64,000 bases of DNA from Candidatus Marinacidobacterium sp. Lineage in GTDB: Bacteria > Acidobacteriota > Vicinamibacteria > Marinacidobacterales > Marinacidobacteraceae. Below the pieces are notes generated by a model. That model was given only the letters and a program-made list of their open reading frames with translations, ran no database searches and was not told where the DNA came from. Positions 7,693-17,974 of this stretch are shown here, piece by piece. Made by a program: the position numbers and the translations under genes. The stretch lies in assembly GCA_965220965.1 (NCBI GenBank), contig OZ244852.1, positions 2,592,001 through 2,656,000 of the forward strand. The letters are read 5' to 3'. Position 1 is the stretch's first letter. Each line of letters begins with the position of its first letter.

Positions 7693-8685
7693 TCACACTT
7701 CGATTCCACATCGGGTAGCCAGCTTGCGGGCGAGCGCCTCAAAGTCCGCCCTGCAGTCGAGGACGGCGTAGGTGTGGGCGCCGAGGGCGCCGTCTGCCGA
7801 GCGAAGGTGGAACATGGGCTTCCTGGCCTCCTGCGCCATGGCCATCAGGCTCCGGTAATGCTTGAGCGTGGCGAGACAGTGTTCGTCCTCTTCATCCCCG
7901 CTGGCGCCCCCGTCCGCCTGTTCGAGCATCTCTGTCCGGTAGACCCCCGGGATCCTGCCGCCCCACCACTCGTAAGCCGCCGCTCGTCCTCCGATGCGCA
8001 CGCCGTGCTCCAGCACGATGTATCCCGCCGGCTCCATGCGCCCCGACGGAAGATCGGAGTCGATGACTCCCGGGGCTTCCCGGACTCGCCTCCGCCATCC
8101 CTTGCGCCAGCTCCCGAGCGTGGGGCCCATGCTGCGCAATGCCTGAAGGGCGACCACGTCGGGGCCAAGCGGGATCACCACGAAGTCCGCCGCGAGCAGT
8201 GCGGCCCGATTGATCGCGCCCAGGTTGGGCCCGACGTCTATCAGAGCGACATGCGCCGCGCGGCCCCGGGCCGCGTTCGCGATGAGTCGGTGGAACCCCG
8301 AGACGGTGCGAAACGCCGCCTCGTTGTGGTCGAGGCACTGGGGCCAGGCGGACGAAAGGTTGTCTTCGAACCGCGACAGGCCCAGGTCTCCGACCAGCAG
8401 ACCGAGCCCCGGCGCGACCTCTTCGACATGAGGCGTCGCCAGGATGTCGCCCGTCCCTCTAAGGATCGGAGACACCCCTCCGAGAATCGTGTCCGGATGG
8501 TCCCCCTCCCGCCAGAGCTCTTCCAGCCGTTCCTCTGCCAGGAACATCGTGGACGCGTTCGCCTGCGGATCCAGGTCGGCTACGACGACCGGTACGTCCA
8601 GTTCGGAGAACATCCATGCCAGGTGGTAGACGAGGGTCGTCTTGCCGACGCCCCCCTTGTTGTTGAAGAAAGCGATCGTCGTCAT
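7693..8685 (-). CDS. ParA/Soj family ATPase
   Basis: Deviant Walker A NKGGVGKTT, DLDPQAN, IDVGPNLG. Confidence 0.9.
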   Translation of the reverse strand: MTTIAFFNNKGGVGKTTLVYHLAWMFSELDVPVVVADLDPQANASTMFLAEERLEELWREGDHPDTILGGVSPILRGTGDILATPHVEEVAPGLGLLVGDLGLSRFEDNLSSAWPQCLDHNEAAFRTVSGFHRLIANAARGRAAHVALIDVGPNLGAINRAALLAADFVVIPLGPDVVALQALRSMGPTLGSWRKGWRRRVREAPGVIDSDLPSGRMEPAGYIVLEHGVRIGGRAAAYEWWGGRIPGVYRTEMLEQADGGASGDEEDEHCLATLKHYRSLMAMAQEARKPMFHLRSADGALGAHTYAVLDCRADFEALARKLATRCGIEV

Positions 8686-9869
8686 GGCTGACGCCGGATC
8701 GTCGCCACGACCGAGGCCTGTTCGAGATCGAAGTGCGCCGCCGGGCTCCCGTTGTGTCGGAGTGCGTCCTGCGCCCGGATGATCCCGCGACCGAACCGGT
8801 TCACGTACCCGAGGGTGGCCATGGCTTCCGCCAGCACCGGATTCCGGTAGTCGGTCACCGGGGGCGGCCCGAGGCTGGCGCTGCCGTAGAAGCCGCCCGG
8901 ATTCTGGATCTCGATTCGGTCCGCGAACCAGTTGAAGCGCGTTGGCGCATTGGACTCGTAGGATCGGTGCATTACCGCGTTCAGCAGGAGCTCCCGTATT
9001 GCGACCGGAGGGTAGTCCTGCAACCGGGTCTCTCGCAGCGCGGTGGCGGCAACGGGTCGGGCCCTCGACGGACGGGACGCGATGGACTCGAGGAGCCGAA
9101 GAACGGTCAGGAGATCACCGCTGACGACCTCCTCCGCGATTGGCTCACTCGCGAACGAATCGCCCGCCCACTGCACGAATTGGAGCCAGGCTCCCGGAAT
9201 CCATCGCAGCGGCTCCTTTCCGAAGAGGAGGATGCCGGCCATCGTCGGACAGCGCGAACGGGGATCGAAGAAGCGGAGAGACGCCATCTGTTCTTCGAGT
9301 TCCCGGTCGTTCTCCTCGATCACGTCATGGGATACCGCCTGTGGGAGGTACGTCCCCTGGAAGAGTTCGGGAACGAGGTCGTCAAGAGAGCTTCCGACAC
9401 ACGGTCGCAGATCGAAGGGAAGATGGCGCGAGGCGCGCTTTTCCACCAGGATTCGCTCCTCCTGGCGATTCGCGGCCCGACGCGAAGGGCCGACACGAAT
9501 CCAGACGCGGCCCTTGTAGCGCACTGGCGGGAGGTCGGAAGGCAGCACCTCGACGATGCCCACGTCGCCTTCCGGCAGAGCGACCTTGCCCACGGTCAGA
9601 GCCGGAAGCGGCTCCAGGTTCACGTTCGAACGCAGGGACGCCACCTCACGCAGCGTCTTGTCAGAGATCTCCCGGCCAGCGGGGCGCCCGTCATCGTGGA
9701 CGCCGATCAGGAGATATCCCGGCGCCCCGTGATTCGGGAAGTCGTTTGCGAAGGCGCAGATGGCCTCCGCGAACTTCTCCGTTTTGCCGATCGCGTTCGT
9801 GAATTCGATCCGGTCGGATTCACCGGCGTCGAGGAGATCCCGCAGCCGGGACTCCTCCAGAGCCTTCAC
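8682..9869 (-). CDS. Schlafen/AlbA_2 domain protein with RecG-C-terminal-like (HATPase_c_4) domain
   Basis: GESDRIEF...ICAFAN...GYLLIGVHDDG; RELLLNAVMHRSY, DRIEIQNPGG, RNPVLA, GRGI; GTG start overlaps the upstream stop. Confidence 0.85.
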   Translation of the reverse strand: MKALEESRLRDLLDAGESDRIEFTNAIGKTEKFAEAICAFANDFPNHGAPGYLLIGVHDDGRPAGREISDKTLREVASLRSNVNLEPLPALTVGKVALPEGDVGIVEVLPSDLPPVRYKGRVWIRVGPSRRAANRQEERILVEKRASRHLPFDLRPCVGSSLDDLVPELFQGTYLPQAVSHDVIEENDRELEEQMASLRFFDPRSRCPTMAGILLFGKEPLRWIPGAWLQFVQWAGDSFASEPIAEEVVSGDLLTVLRLLESIASRPSRARPVAATALRETRLQDYPPVAIRELLLNAVMHRSYESNAPTRFNWFADRIEIQNPGGFYGSASLGPPPVTDYRNPVLAEAMATLGYVNRFGRGIIRAQDALRHNGSPAAHFDLEQASVVATIRRQP

Positions 9870-10438
9870 GAATCGTGGAGCCGTCGCCCGGTGATGCCCA
9901 GCTCCTCGGCGTGCGGGCGCAGCGCCGCGACGATGAAGTCGATGTGCTCTCCGAGGTCCACGCCCAGCAGCTCCGCGCCGATGCGGCACTCGTGCCGCTC
10001 CACCTTCGCTGCGAACGCCTTGTCCTTCAGCTTCTTCTTCACGCTGCGGGCGGTGAGGGTCGAGACCCCCTCGGGGCGAACCAGGCAGCACGCGACGATG
10101 AACCCGGTCAGCTCGTCACACGCGAGCAGGGCGCGGTCCATTGGCGACTTCAGGGGGACGCCCCACCTCGTGTAGTGGCCCGAGATCGCGTAGGCGAGGT
10201 CCTCCTCGCCGCGCTCCCGCAGCCACGCCACGATCCGCTTCGGGTGATCCTCCGGCCACTTCTCGTAGTCGGCGTCGTGGAGCATGCCGGCCATCCCCCA
10301 CCGCTCGGGGTCCGCATCCGGCCCGCCGTAGCGGCTGGCGGCGGCCCGCATCACGATCTCCACCGAGCGGGCGTGTTTCCGGAGCGACTCCGTCTCGCAC
10401 CACTCCGTCAGGTGCCCCCAGGCTTCGTCCCGGGTCAT
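9866..10438 (-). CDS. HD-domain phosphohydrolase
   Basis: SLRKH...GMLHDADYE...H...ACDELTGF motifs. Confidence 0.9.
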   Translation of the reverse strand: MTRDEAWGHLTEWCETESLRKHARSVEIVMRAAASRYGGPDADPERWGMAGMLHDADYEKWPEDHPKRIVAWLRERGEEDLAYAISGHYTRWGVPLKSPMDRALLACDELTGFIVACCLVRPEGVSTLTARSVKKKLKDKAFAAKVERHECRIGAELLGVDLGEHIDFIVAALRPHAEELGITGRRLHDS

Positions 10439-10851
10439 CAGGAGCTCTCGCCTTCGCTCTTGGACTTCGGCGGACAGCAGGCGTCCACGCTCCACTTGCC
10501 GGAGCCGGCGGTGGCCAGGAAGGCGAACACGATGCAGTAGACCAGCGCCAGCTCGCCGTCGTTTTCGATCGGGAGCAGCCCCTCAGGCTGGTGCCGGTAG
10601 AAGTAAGCGATCAGCATCTGGATCGAGGCGAGCGCGGCGGCGATGCGGGTCTGGTAGCCGGCGAGGATCAGCGCGCCGGTGACGAGCTCGACGATCCCGG
10701 CGGTGTTGTAGAGCCACGCCGGCGAGTAGGGCGTGCCCTCGCCGAGGAGGTACGCCACCGCGATGATCCCGTGGCAGAAGAACAGGAACCCGGCGACGAT
10801 GCGCAAGAGCGCATACGCGGTGTCCCGGTGGTCGGCGAGAACGGTCTTCAT
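10438..10851 (-). CDS. DoxX family membrane protein
   Basis: ALLRIVAGFLFFCHG, AGIVE, TRIAA, GELA, GSGKWSVD. Confidence 0.9.
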   Translation of the reverse strand: MKTVLADHRDTAYALLRIVAGFLFFCHGIIAVAYLLGEGTPYSPAWLYNTAGIVELVTGALILAGYQTRIAAALASIQMLIAYFYRHQPEGLLPIENDGELALVYCIVFAFLATAGSGKWSVDACCPPKSKSEGESS

Positions 10852-10873
10852 GGGTTCTTTCCTCGTTGGCCGG

Positions 10874-12832
10874 TCATTCCTCCGGCGGGAGCGCGAGCGC
10901 GACGAACTCACCCGGGAAGTCGCGGGCGCCAACCGCAACGACCAGGATCTGCCGGCCGTCGACCTCGTAGCTCATCGGAGTGCCCGACTGGTTCGCGGGA
11001 AGCTCGAACTCCCACAGGATCTCTCCCGTCGCCTTGTCGTGGGCGCGGAACATGGGGCCGCCGGTTCCGAAGGCGGCGAACAGCCCGCTGCCCTCCCCGG
11101 CGAAGAGAAGCGTCTTCGTCACCAGCAGTCCGCCGCGGTCGGCCTGACCGGTGCGGCCCAGCTCGACGCCCTCGAGCGCCGGATGCTCGCGGATCCACTC
11201 CGGAGTGTCCGAGTTCGGGACCCACCAGGCGATCTCGCCCCGGTTCAGGTCGATCGCGGTGATCTTCCCCCACGGCGGCTTCAGCAGCGGCAGACCCTGC
11301 GGGCCGCCGCCCTCGGGCAGCCGGATGTCGCGCCCCCGCCCCTGGATGTAGTCCATCGTGGACCTCTCCGGGTCGTTCTCGAGCCCCAGCACGTTCACGT
11401 CGAGCCCGGAGGAGACGTAGAGCATGCCGGTTTCCGGGTCGGCGGCGACGCTCGGCCAGTTCGCGCCGCCCAGCGCGCCGGGAACCGTCAGCGTGCCCCG
11501 GTTCCCTCGCTCCTCGATGAGCGTCGGTGGGGTGTAGAGCGGGCCGAGCGTGTAGAACCGGGCGATCGCTTCGGCCTCGGCGCGGAGCTCCGGCGTGAGG
11601 TCGAGGAGATCGTCCTCCGAAACGCCCTGCCGCTGGAAGGGCGGGGGTTTCGTAGGGAAGGGCTGCGTCGGGGCGGCCCGCTCACCCGGGACCGTCGAGG
11701 CGGCCATCGGCCGCTCCTCGATGGGCCAGACCGGCTCTCCGGTGCGCCGGTCGAAGACGAAGGTGAACGCCTGTTTCGTGACCTGCGCCAGCGCCGGGAT
11801 CTCGCGCCCGTCCACGACCAGGTCCAGCAGGACGGGCGCGGTCGGAAGGTCGTAGTCCCAGATCCCGTGGTGGACGGTCTGGAAGTGCCAGCGCCGCTCG
11901 CCGGTGGCGGCGTCGAGCGCCACCACGCTCTGGGTGAACAGGTTGTCGCCCGGGCGATGGCCGCCGTAGTAGTCCCCGGTGGCGGCCTCCAGCGGAAGGT
12001 AGACGAGCCCCAGTTCCGGGTCGGCGCTCATCCAGGCCCAGACGCCGCCGTTCCCGGTCGTCCGCCAGCTCCCGTTCTCCCAGGTGTCGTTCCCGAACTC
12101 CCCTTCGCGCGGGATCGTGTGGAAGGTCCACAGCAGCTCTCCGGTCCGGACGTCGTAGCCGCGCACCGGCGAAGGCGGGTTCTCCGGCGAGGGCGGAGCG
12201 CCGCCGCTCGGGAGCGCCGCCCCGACGACGACCACGTCCCCCACGACGGTCGGGGGCGAACCGGAGCCGATCGGGGCCCGCTGCAGGTCGACCTCGCGGC
12301 CGAGGTCGCGCCGCAGGTCCACCATCCCGTCGAACCCGAAGGATGGGACCGGCCGCCCGGTCCCGGCGTCCAGCCCTACGAGCTGGTAGGCGGGCGTCAC
12401 CAGGAAAAGGCGCGCCTGCTCCCCGTCGCTCCAGAAGGAGAGTCCCCGCCCCGATGTCTGCCGCGGCGCGGACCGCCCGCGCGGCCCCTCGTCGAGGCGG
12501 TACATCCAGAGGGTCTCGCCGGTGAGACCGTCGATCGCCACCGCGACCCGGCGGGCGCCGGCGGTGGCGTAGAGCACCCCGTCGATCGCCAGCGGGGTCG
12601 TCCGCAGGTTCCAGTCCTCCCGGGGCCCGAAGTTCTGCGAGGTCCACCGCCAGAGGATCTCCAGATCCCCCACGTTTCCGGCGTGGATCTGGTCGAGCGG
12701 CGAGTAGCGGGTGGACGCCAGATCCCCGGCGTAGTGGGGCCACTCGCCGGGCTCGCGATCCTGGGCGGCGGCGACCGTCCCCAGGACCAGCGCGGTCACC
12801 GCCGCGCGCGGGATCAGCCGCCGGAGTACCAA
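10874..12832 (-). CDS. PQQ-dependent dehydrogenase (glucose dehydrogenase-like beta-propeller)
   Basis: EWPHYAGD..STRYSPLDQI, WHFQTVHHGIWDYDLP, KPPWG, TPMSYEVDGRQ; start approximate (TTG). Confidence 0.9.
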   Translation of the reverse strand: MVLRRLIPRAAVTALVLGTVAAAQDREPGEWPHYAGDLASTRYSPLDQIHAGNVGDLEILWRWTSQNFGPREDWNLRTTPLAIDGVLYATAGARRVAVAIDGLTGETLWMYRLDEGPRGRSAPRQTSGRGLSFWSDGEQARLFLVTPAYQLVGLDAGTGRPVPSFGFDGMVDLRRDLGREVDLQRAPIGSGSPPTVVGDVVVVGAALPSGGAPPSPENPPSPVRGYDVRTGELLWTFHTIPREGEFGNDTWENGSWRTTGNGGVWAWMSADPELGLVYLPLEAATGDYYGGHRPGDNLFTQSVVALDAATGERRWHFQTVHHGIWDYDLPTAPVLLDLVVDGREIPALAQVTKQAFTFVFDRRTGEPVWPIEERPMAASTVPGERAAPTQPFPTKPPPFQRQGVSEDDLLDLTPELRAEAEAIARFYTLGPLYTPPTLIEERGNRGTLTVPGALGGANWPSVAADPETGMLYVSSGLDVNVLGLENDPERSTMDYIQGRGRDIRLPEGGGPQGLPLLKPPWGKITAIDLNRGEIAWWVPNSDTPEWIREHPALEGVELGRTGQADRGGLLVTKTLLFAGEGSGLFAAFGTGGPMFRAHDKATGEILWEFELPANQSGTPMSYEVDGRQILVVAVGARDFPGEFVALALPPEE

Positions 12833-13941
12833 ATCCGGTAGATCGCGCCGGCCCGGTCGTCCGACACCAGAATGTCCCCGGAGGGGAGTTCGAGGATGTC
12901 CACCGGGCGTCCCCAGGGGCTCTCCTCGGGCGCTCCGATCCAGCCGGTCACGAAGTCCTCGTATCCGGTCGCGACGCCGTCCTTCGTCCGCACGATGGTG
13001 AGGCGGTAGCCGATCCGCTCGGTGCGGTTCCACGAGCCGTGCTCCGCGACCAGCGCCTGCCCGCGGTATTTCTCGGGGAACTGGTCGCCCCGGTAGAAGG
13101 TCATCCCGATGGCGGCCACATGCGGACCGAGCTGCTGCGTGGGCGGCGTGAAGTCGTCGCAGGCCCCGTCGCGCGAGAACCACGGGTCGGGCCGGTCCCC
13201 GCCGTGGCAGTACGGGTAGCCGAAGTGCTCGCCGATCTCGCCAAGGATGTTCATCTCACCGGGCGGGTTGTCGTCGCCGAGCCAGTCGGGGTTGTTGTCG
13301 GTGAACCACATCTCCCCGGTCTCGGGGTGCCAGTCGAAGCCCACCGACATCCGCACGCCGCGCGCCGCCACCTCGAGCCCGCTCCCGTCGGGGAGCATCC
13401 GGGCGATGGAGGCGAACAGCGGGTCCGCCGAGTCGCAGCGGTTGCATGGCGCCCCGATCGGGACGTAGAGATAGCCGTCCGGACCGAAGTCGATGAACTT
13501 CCATCCGTGGTGGCGCATGTTCGGCAGATCGTCGGTCACGACCTCGGGCTCGCCGGGATCGGCCAGACGGGACTCGATGTCCGGGAACCGGAGGATCCGG
13601 TTCACCTCCGCCACGTAGAGGTCATCCCCGCGCATGGCCACGCCGTTCGGCATGAACAGCTCCTCGTCGAGCTCGTGGATCTCGTCGGCCCGGTGGTCGC
13701 CATTCCGGTCCGCGATCGCGTAGACGCTCCCGGAGGCGTCGCGGGTGCCGACGAAAATCGTCCCCCCGTCTCCGCGAGTCAGCGACCGGGCCCCGGGGAT
13801 CCGTCCCCAGACCGAGACCTCGAAGCCCGGCGGAAGCTTCAGCCGCTCGAGCGGAAGCGCGGCGCCCGGAGAGGAGCGCTGGGCGGTCGCCGGCGCCGCC
13901 AGCGCCAGCGAAAGGAGCAGAAACGCCGGGGCGTTGCGCAT
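12814..13941 (-). CDS. Sorbosone/soluble PQQ sugar dehydrogenase family protein
   Basis: Signal peptide; HHGWKFIDFGPDG.LYVPIGAPCN.C, EHGSWNR, GRPVD, VSDD. Confidence 0.9.
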   Translation of the reverse strand: MRNAPAFLLLSLALAAPATAQRSSPGAALPLERLKLPPGFEVSVWGRIPGARSLTRGDGGTIFVGTRDASGSVYAIADRNGDHRADEIHELDEELFMPNGVAMRGDDLYVAEVNRILRFPDIESRLADPGEPEVVTDDLPNMRHHGWKFIDFGPDGYLYVPIGAPCNRCDSADPLFASIARMLPDGSGLEVAARGVRMSVGFDWHPETGEMWFTDNNPDWLGDDNPPGEMNILGEIGEHFGYPYCHGGDRPDPWFSRDGACDDFTPPTQQLGPHVAAIGMTFYRGDQFPEKYRGQALVAEHGSWNRTERIGYRLTIVRTKDGVATGYEDFVTGWIGAPEESPWGRPVDILELPSGDILVSDDRAGAIYRIWYSGG

Positions 13942-13972
13942 TCGGTGGGTCCTCGCCTGTGGAATCGGGAAG

Positions 13973-15580
13973 TCAGTCGGCGCCGTGAGCCCGGGGAATC
14001 GCCTCGACGAGGAGCGCGAGCGCGTTCTGGAGCGCCCGGTTCGCGTGACCGTCGAAGGAGCCTTCGTACATGCCGAGCCGGGCCACGACCATTTCGTAGT
14101 CGGGAACGACGATCGTGCTCTGCCCGCCGGCGCCGGCGAAGCTGTAGGTATTGTTCGGGAGCGACGGGAAGCGCTTCTCACCCCCCCGGGGAGGGTTGTT
14201 GATCCAGATCAGGCCGCCGTAGATGGGGCGTCCGTCGGCTTCCCACGAGGGCGCGACCGAGGTGGCGAACGTGACGAAGTCCTCTCCGAGCACCCGCTCC
14301 CCATTCGGGGCCAGCCCGCCGTCGAGGTAGAGCTGACCCAGCCGGGCCCACGCGCGCCCGCTGCCGAAGCCGTAGCCGTTCAGCAGGAAGTTCCCGTAGG
14401 GGTCGGCCTCGGCCACGAACCGCGCGACGCCGATCTTGTCGAACAGGTGCGCCTGCGGGAACTGGTGGTAGTTGTCGCCGCGTCCCTCGACGCCGAGCCG
14501 GACCAGGTGGTTCGTCAGGATGGGGTCGCAGTTGCGGTAGCGGCCCACGGTATTGGGCGGCCACTGCGGCGGACGCTCGGTGGCCCAGATGTGGGAGTCG
14601 ACGGTTCCGGTGTAGAGGTAGAGGTGGTCCGGGTAGCCCATCGTCTCCTCGTCGTACTCGGGATCTCCGGCGTTCACGCAGCGGACCCCGCTCGACATCT
14701 GGAGGATGTCCTGGATCCGGATCGTCCCCCTCGGGTCTTCCGGATCCTCATGCCAGGCGTCGATCGGCGCCACCTGGTCCAGTTGGTAGACGCCCTGCTC
14801 GATGAGCACCCCCATCAGGGTCGCGGAGAGGCTCTTGTTCATGGACCAGCTCTCGAGTGGCGTGTCCTTCGTGATCCCGTCCTCTTCCCGGTAACGCTCG
14901 CCAACGAGCCGGCCCCGGTGGAGCACCACGAAGGCGAGGGTCATCGCGTTCTCGTCGAACGCGGCGTCCAGCGCCATCTCCAGCTTCTCGCCGTCCACAT
15001 CCTCGGGGAGCGGCTCATCCGGGAGCACATCCCCCATCGGCCACGGATCATCCTGGTTCACCGTGGAGGTCACCGGCACGGTCTCGTAGAACGGAGCGTC
15101 CTCCCCCTTGGGAAGCGCAACGCAGCCCTGGTCGCCGTGGAGGACGGCGGTGCGGGTGACGCCGGTGTCGGTCGTGATGTGGACCCGCTGCCCGTCCATG
15201 TCGATCTCCCGGCCGGGAAGCCGGTCGCGATACTCGTAGCGGGCGGTGAAGCCGCCGATCTGGTGCTGGGCGCGCTCGAAGTCGAGGCCGGTCAGGAAGA
15301 CAGCGGAGCACAGCACCTTGGCGAAGCCGGCGGCCTCGTGCTCGATGAAGCCGTCGGGATCCATCCCGCCCGGAGGCGGGATGCGCTCGGTGTCGAACTC
15401 GTACTGCTGTCCGCGCTCGACCAGGCTCTGGTTCAGCAGCTCCGCCGGACTCGCGGTCTCTTCCGCGGGAGGCTCGGCCTCTCCGCCGCCGCACGCGGCG
15501 AGGGCGAACGCGAGCAGCGCGGCCGCGGGAACCGCGAGCCAGCGCGCGCGAAGTCGGGAAGTCTGGGGCTCTTGCATCAT
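13973..15580 (-). CDS. Serine hydrolase, beta-lactamase class C-like lipoprotein
   Basis: Lipobox LAAC; SxxK motif WSMNKS; LQMSSG; YRN; AAGGAG RBS. Confidence 0.85.
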   Translation of the reverse strand: MMQEPQTSRLRARWLAVPAAALLAFALAACGGGEAEPPAEETASPAELLNQSLVERGQQYEFDTERIPPPGGMDPDGFIEHEAAGFAKVLCSAVFLTGLDFERAQHQIGGFTARYEYRDRLPGREIDMDGQRVHITTDTGVTRTAVLHGDQGCVALPKGEDAPFYETVPVTSTVNQDDPWPMGDVLPDEPLPEDVDGEKLEMALDAAFDENAMTLAFVVLHRGRLVGERYREEDGITKDTPLESWSMNKSLSATLMGVLIEQGVYQLDQVAPIDAWHEDPEDPRGTIRIQDILQMSSGVRCVNAGDPEYDEETMGYPDHLYLYTGTVDSHIWATERPPQWPPNTVGRYRNCDPILTNHLVRLGVEGRGDNYHQFPQAHLFDKIGVARFVAEADPYGNFLLNGYGFGSGRAWARLGQLYLDGGLAPNGERVLGEDFVTFATSVAPSWEADGRPIYGGLIWINNPPRGGEKRFPSLPNNTYSFAGAGGQSTIVVPDYEMVVARLGMYEGSFDGHANRALQNALALLVEAIPRAHGAD

Positions 15581-15700
15581 CGTCTCCTTCCGGTGTGGCG
15601 TTCGCCACCCGCCCCGGGCGTTCCCCGGCCGGGCGCCGAACCGGCGATTGTACGGCGGGGCGCCAGCCGTCCGCTCCCGGCCGGGATACGCTGACTCGCC

Positions 15701-17974
15701 GTGATTCCGCCCTCCGCCGCCGCCCGTTCCCGGGTCGTCCTCGTCGGCGGCGGCCACTCCCACGTTCAGGTGCTCCGGCGGATGGTGATGCGGCCCTGGC
15801 CCCAGGCCCGGGTCACCGTCGTGCTGGACACTCCGGTCGCGGTCTATTCGGGGATGGTCCCGGGGTTCGTGGCCCGGCAATATCGGCGCTCCGAACTCGA
15901 GATGGATGTCGTTCCGCTCGCCCGGCTCGCGGGCGCCGAAGTGGTGCTCACCGCTTCGACCGGGGTGGATCCCGGCGCCCGGCGCGTCCGCCTCGAAGGC
16001 CGACCGCCGCTGGCCTACGACTTCGCTTCCTTCGACATCGGGAGCACGGTCGCCGGGCTCGACTTGCCCGGCATCCGGCGACATGCGGTGGCGACCCGGC
16101 CCATCGCCCGGCTGGTCCGCGAGGTGGACGCCATCTCGCGGTCATTCCTCGCCCACGAGGAGGACCGGCCGTTCCGGGTCGCGGTCGCGGGCGGCGGCGC
16201 CGGAGGCGTCGAGCTCGCGTTCACCATCCGGGAGCGGCTCCTCGCGGATGCGGCGGCGTCCGGGGTCGAACGGTCGCTCGAGGTGACGCTTCTCCACGGG
16301 CTCCCCGAGCTGCTGCCCGGATTCCCCGCCTCGCTGGCGCAGAGGGCGGAGCGGCAGGCGGCCCGGCGCGGCATCCGGGTGCGCACCGGCGTGCTGGTCG
16401 TTCGGGCGGAGGCGGACTCGGTGCTGCTGGAGGGCGGCGAGACCGTTCCGGCCGACGCCCTGCTCTGGGCGGTGGGCGCGGCCAGCCAGGACCTCTTCCA
16501 CGACTCGGGCCTGCCGCTCGACGAGCGCGGCTTCGTTCTGACCCGCCCGACGCTCCAGACGGTCGGAGACGACCGGGTCTTCGGGGTCGGCGACTGCGCC
16601 ACCCTCGCGGACTGGCCGCGCACCCCCAAGGCTGGGGTCTACGCCGTGCGGCAGGGGCCGTTCCTCGCCGACAACCTGCGCCGGGCGGTGGCCGGGAAGA
16701 GCCTTCGCCGTTACCGGCCGCAGCGGGACTTCCTGACCCTGCTGAACCTCGGCGACGGCGTCGCGCTCGGCGCCAAGTGGGGCCTCTCGTTCGGGGGGCG
16801 GGGGGTCATGCGGCTCAAGGACCGCATCGACCGGAAGTTCATGGAGAAGTTCCAGGTCCTCGACGACGAGGACCGCCGCGCGCCCGAATTCTCCCGAATG
16901 GACACCAGCCGGATGGACGCGATGCTCTGTGGCGGCTGCGCCGCCAAGGCGGGCGAAACCACGCTCGACCGGGCGCTGGAACGGCTGCGCGCGGAACTGG
17001 GCGCCGGACCGGGGGCGGGGGAGGCGCGGGTCCGGCTGGGGCTCGACGAGGCGGATGATGCGGCGGCCTACCGCACGCCGGCCGGCGATCTGGTGGTCAC
17101 CAGCGTGGACTGGTTCAAGGCGTTCAGCGGCGACCACTGGCTCAACGGGAAGGTGGCGGCGGCGAACGCCCTCTCCGACCTCTACGCCACCGGCGCGGCC
17201 CCCCGCTACGCGATGGCCCTGGTGACGCTGCCCGAGGCCGATCCGGAGGAGGAGCGGGCGGAGGCGCTCTTCCAGCTCCTCGCCGGGGCCCGGTCGCTGC
17301 TCGACGAGGAGGGCGTCTCGCTGCTCGGGGGCCATACGACGGTCGGCCCCGAGTTGACGGTCGGCTTTTCGGTCGAGGGTCCGCCGATCGGCGAGCGTCT
17401 CCTTACCCTCGACGGGCTCCGGCCCGGGGACGGGCTCTATCTCACGAAGCCGCTCGGCAGCGGGGTCGTCCTCCGGGGCGTCATGCTCGGGCGGGGACGG
17501 GGCGAGTGGCTCGAGGCCGCCGCCGCCCGGATGGTCTGCCCGAACGGCAAGGCGGCGCGCGCGGCGGTGGCCGGCGGGCTCAGCGCCGCGACCGATGTCA
17601 CCGGATTCGGGCTCATGAACCACCTCGCCGGGATGCTCCGCGCGAGCGGCGTCTCCGCGGAGCTGGATGTCGCCGCTCTGCCGGCGCTTCCCGGCGCGCT
17701 GGAACTGCTGGGTTCGGGTCTCCGCAGCACGGCTCACGAGCAGAACCGCAGCGTCGTGAAGGCGGTGCGGGCAGCGCCCGAGGCGAGCCGCCATCCGCGG
17801 TTCGAACTGCTCTTCGACCCGCAGACCGCGGGCGGCTTCCTCGCCGGCGTTCCCGAGTCGAACACCGGGTTCCTCGAAGCGCTCGCCGAGGCCGGGGTGG
17901 AGGCCACCCGGATCGGCGCCGTCATCCCCCGATGCGAGGACGGCGCGGTGGCGCGGGTGACGGCGGGACCGTGA
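15701..17974 (+). CDS. selD: Selenide, water dikinase fused to an N-terminal FAD/NAD(P) oxidoreductase domain
   Basis: LVGGGHSH, GGGAGGVE, GDC, PKAGVYAVRQG; then CGGCAAK, DDAA, GGHT, TKPLG, TDVTGFGL, DPQTAGG. Confidence 0.92.
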   Translation: MIPPSAAARSRVVLVGGGHSHVQVLRRMVMRPWPQARVTVVLDTPVAVYSGMVPGFVARQYRRSELEMDVVPLARLAGAEVVLTASTGVDPGARRVRLEGRPPLAYDFASFDIGSTVAGLDLPGIRRHAVATRPIARLVREVDAISRSFLAHEEDRPFRVAVAGGGAGGVELAFTIRERLLADAAASGVERSLEVTLLHGLPELLPGFPASLAQRAERQAARRGIRVRTGVLVVRAEADSVLLEGGETVPADALLWAVGAASQDLFHDSGLPLDERGFVLTRPTLQTVGDDRVFGVGDCATLADWPRTPKAGVYAVRQGPFLADNLRRAVAGKSLRRYRPQRDFLTLLNLGDGVALGAKWGLSFGGRGVMRLKDRIDRKFMEKFQVLDDEDRRAPEFSRMDTSRMDAMLCGGCAAKAGETTLDRALERLRAELGAGPGAGEARVRLGLDEADDAAAYRTPAGDLVVTSVDWFKAFSGDHWLNGKVAAANALSDLYATGAAPRYAMALVTLPEADPEEERAEALFQLLAGARSLLDEEGVSLLGGHTTVGPELTVGFSVEGPPIGERLLTLDGLRPGDGLYLTKPLGSGVVLRGVMLGRGRGEWLEAAAARMVCPNGKAARAAVAGGLSAATDVTGFGLMNHLAGMLRASGVSAELDVAALPALPGALELLGSGLRSTAHEQNRSVVKAVRAAPEASRHPRFELLFDPQTAGGFLAGVPESNTGFLEALAEAGVEATRIGAVIPRCEDGAVARVTAGP

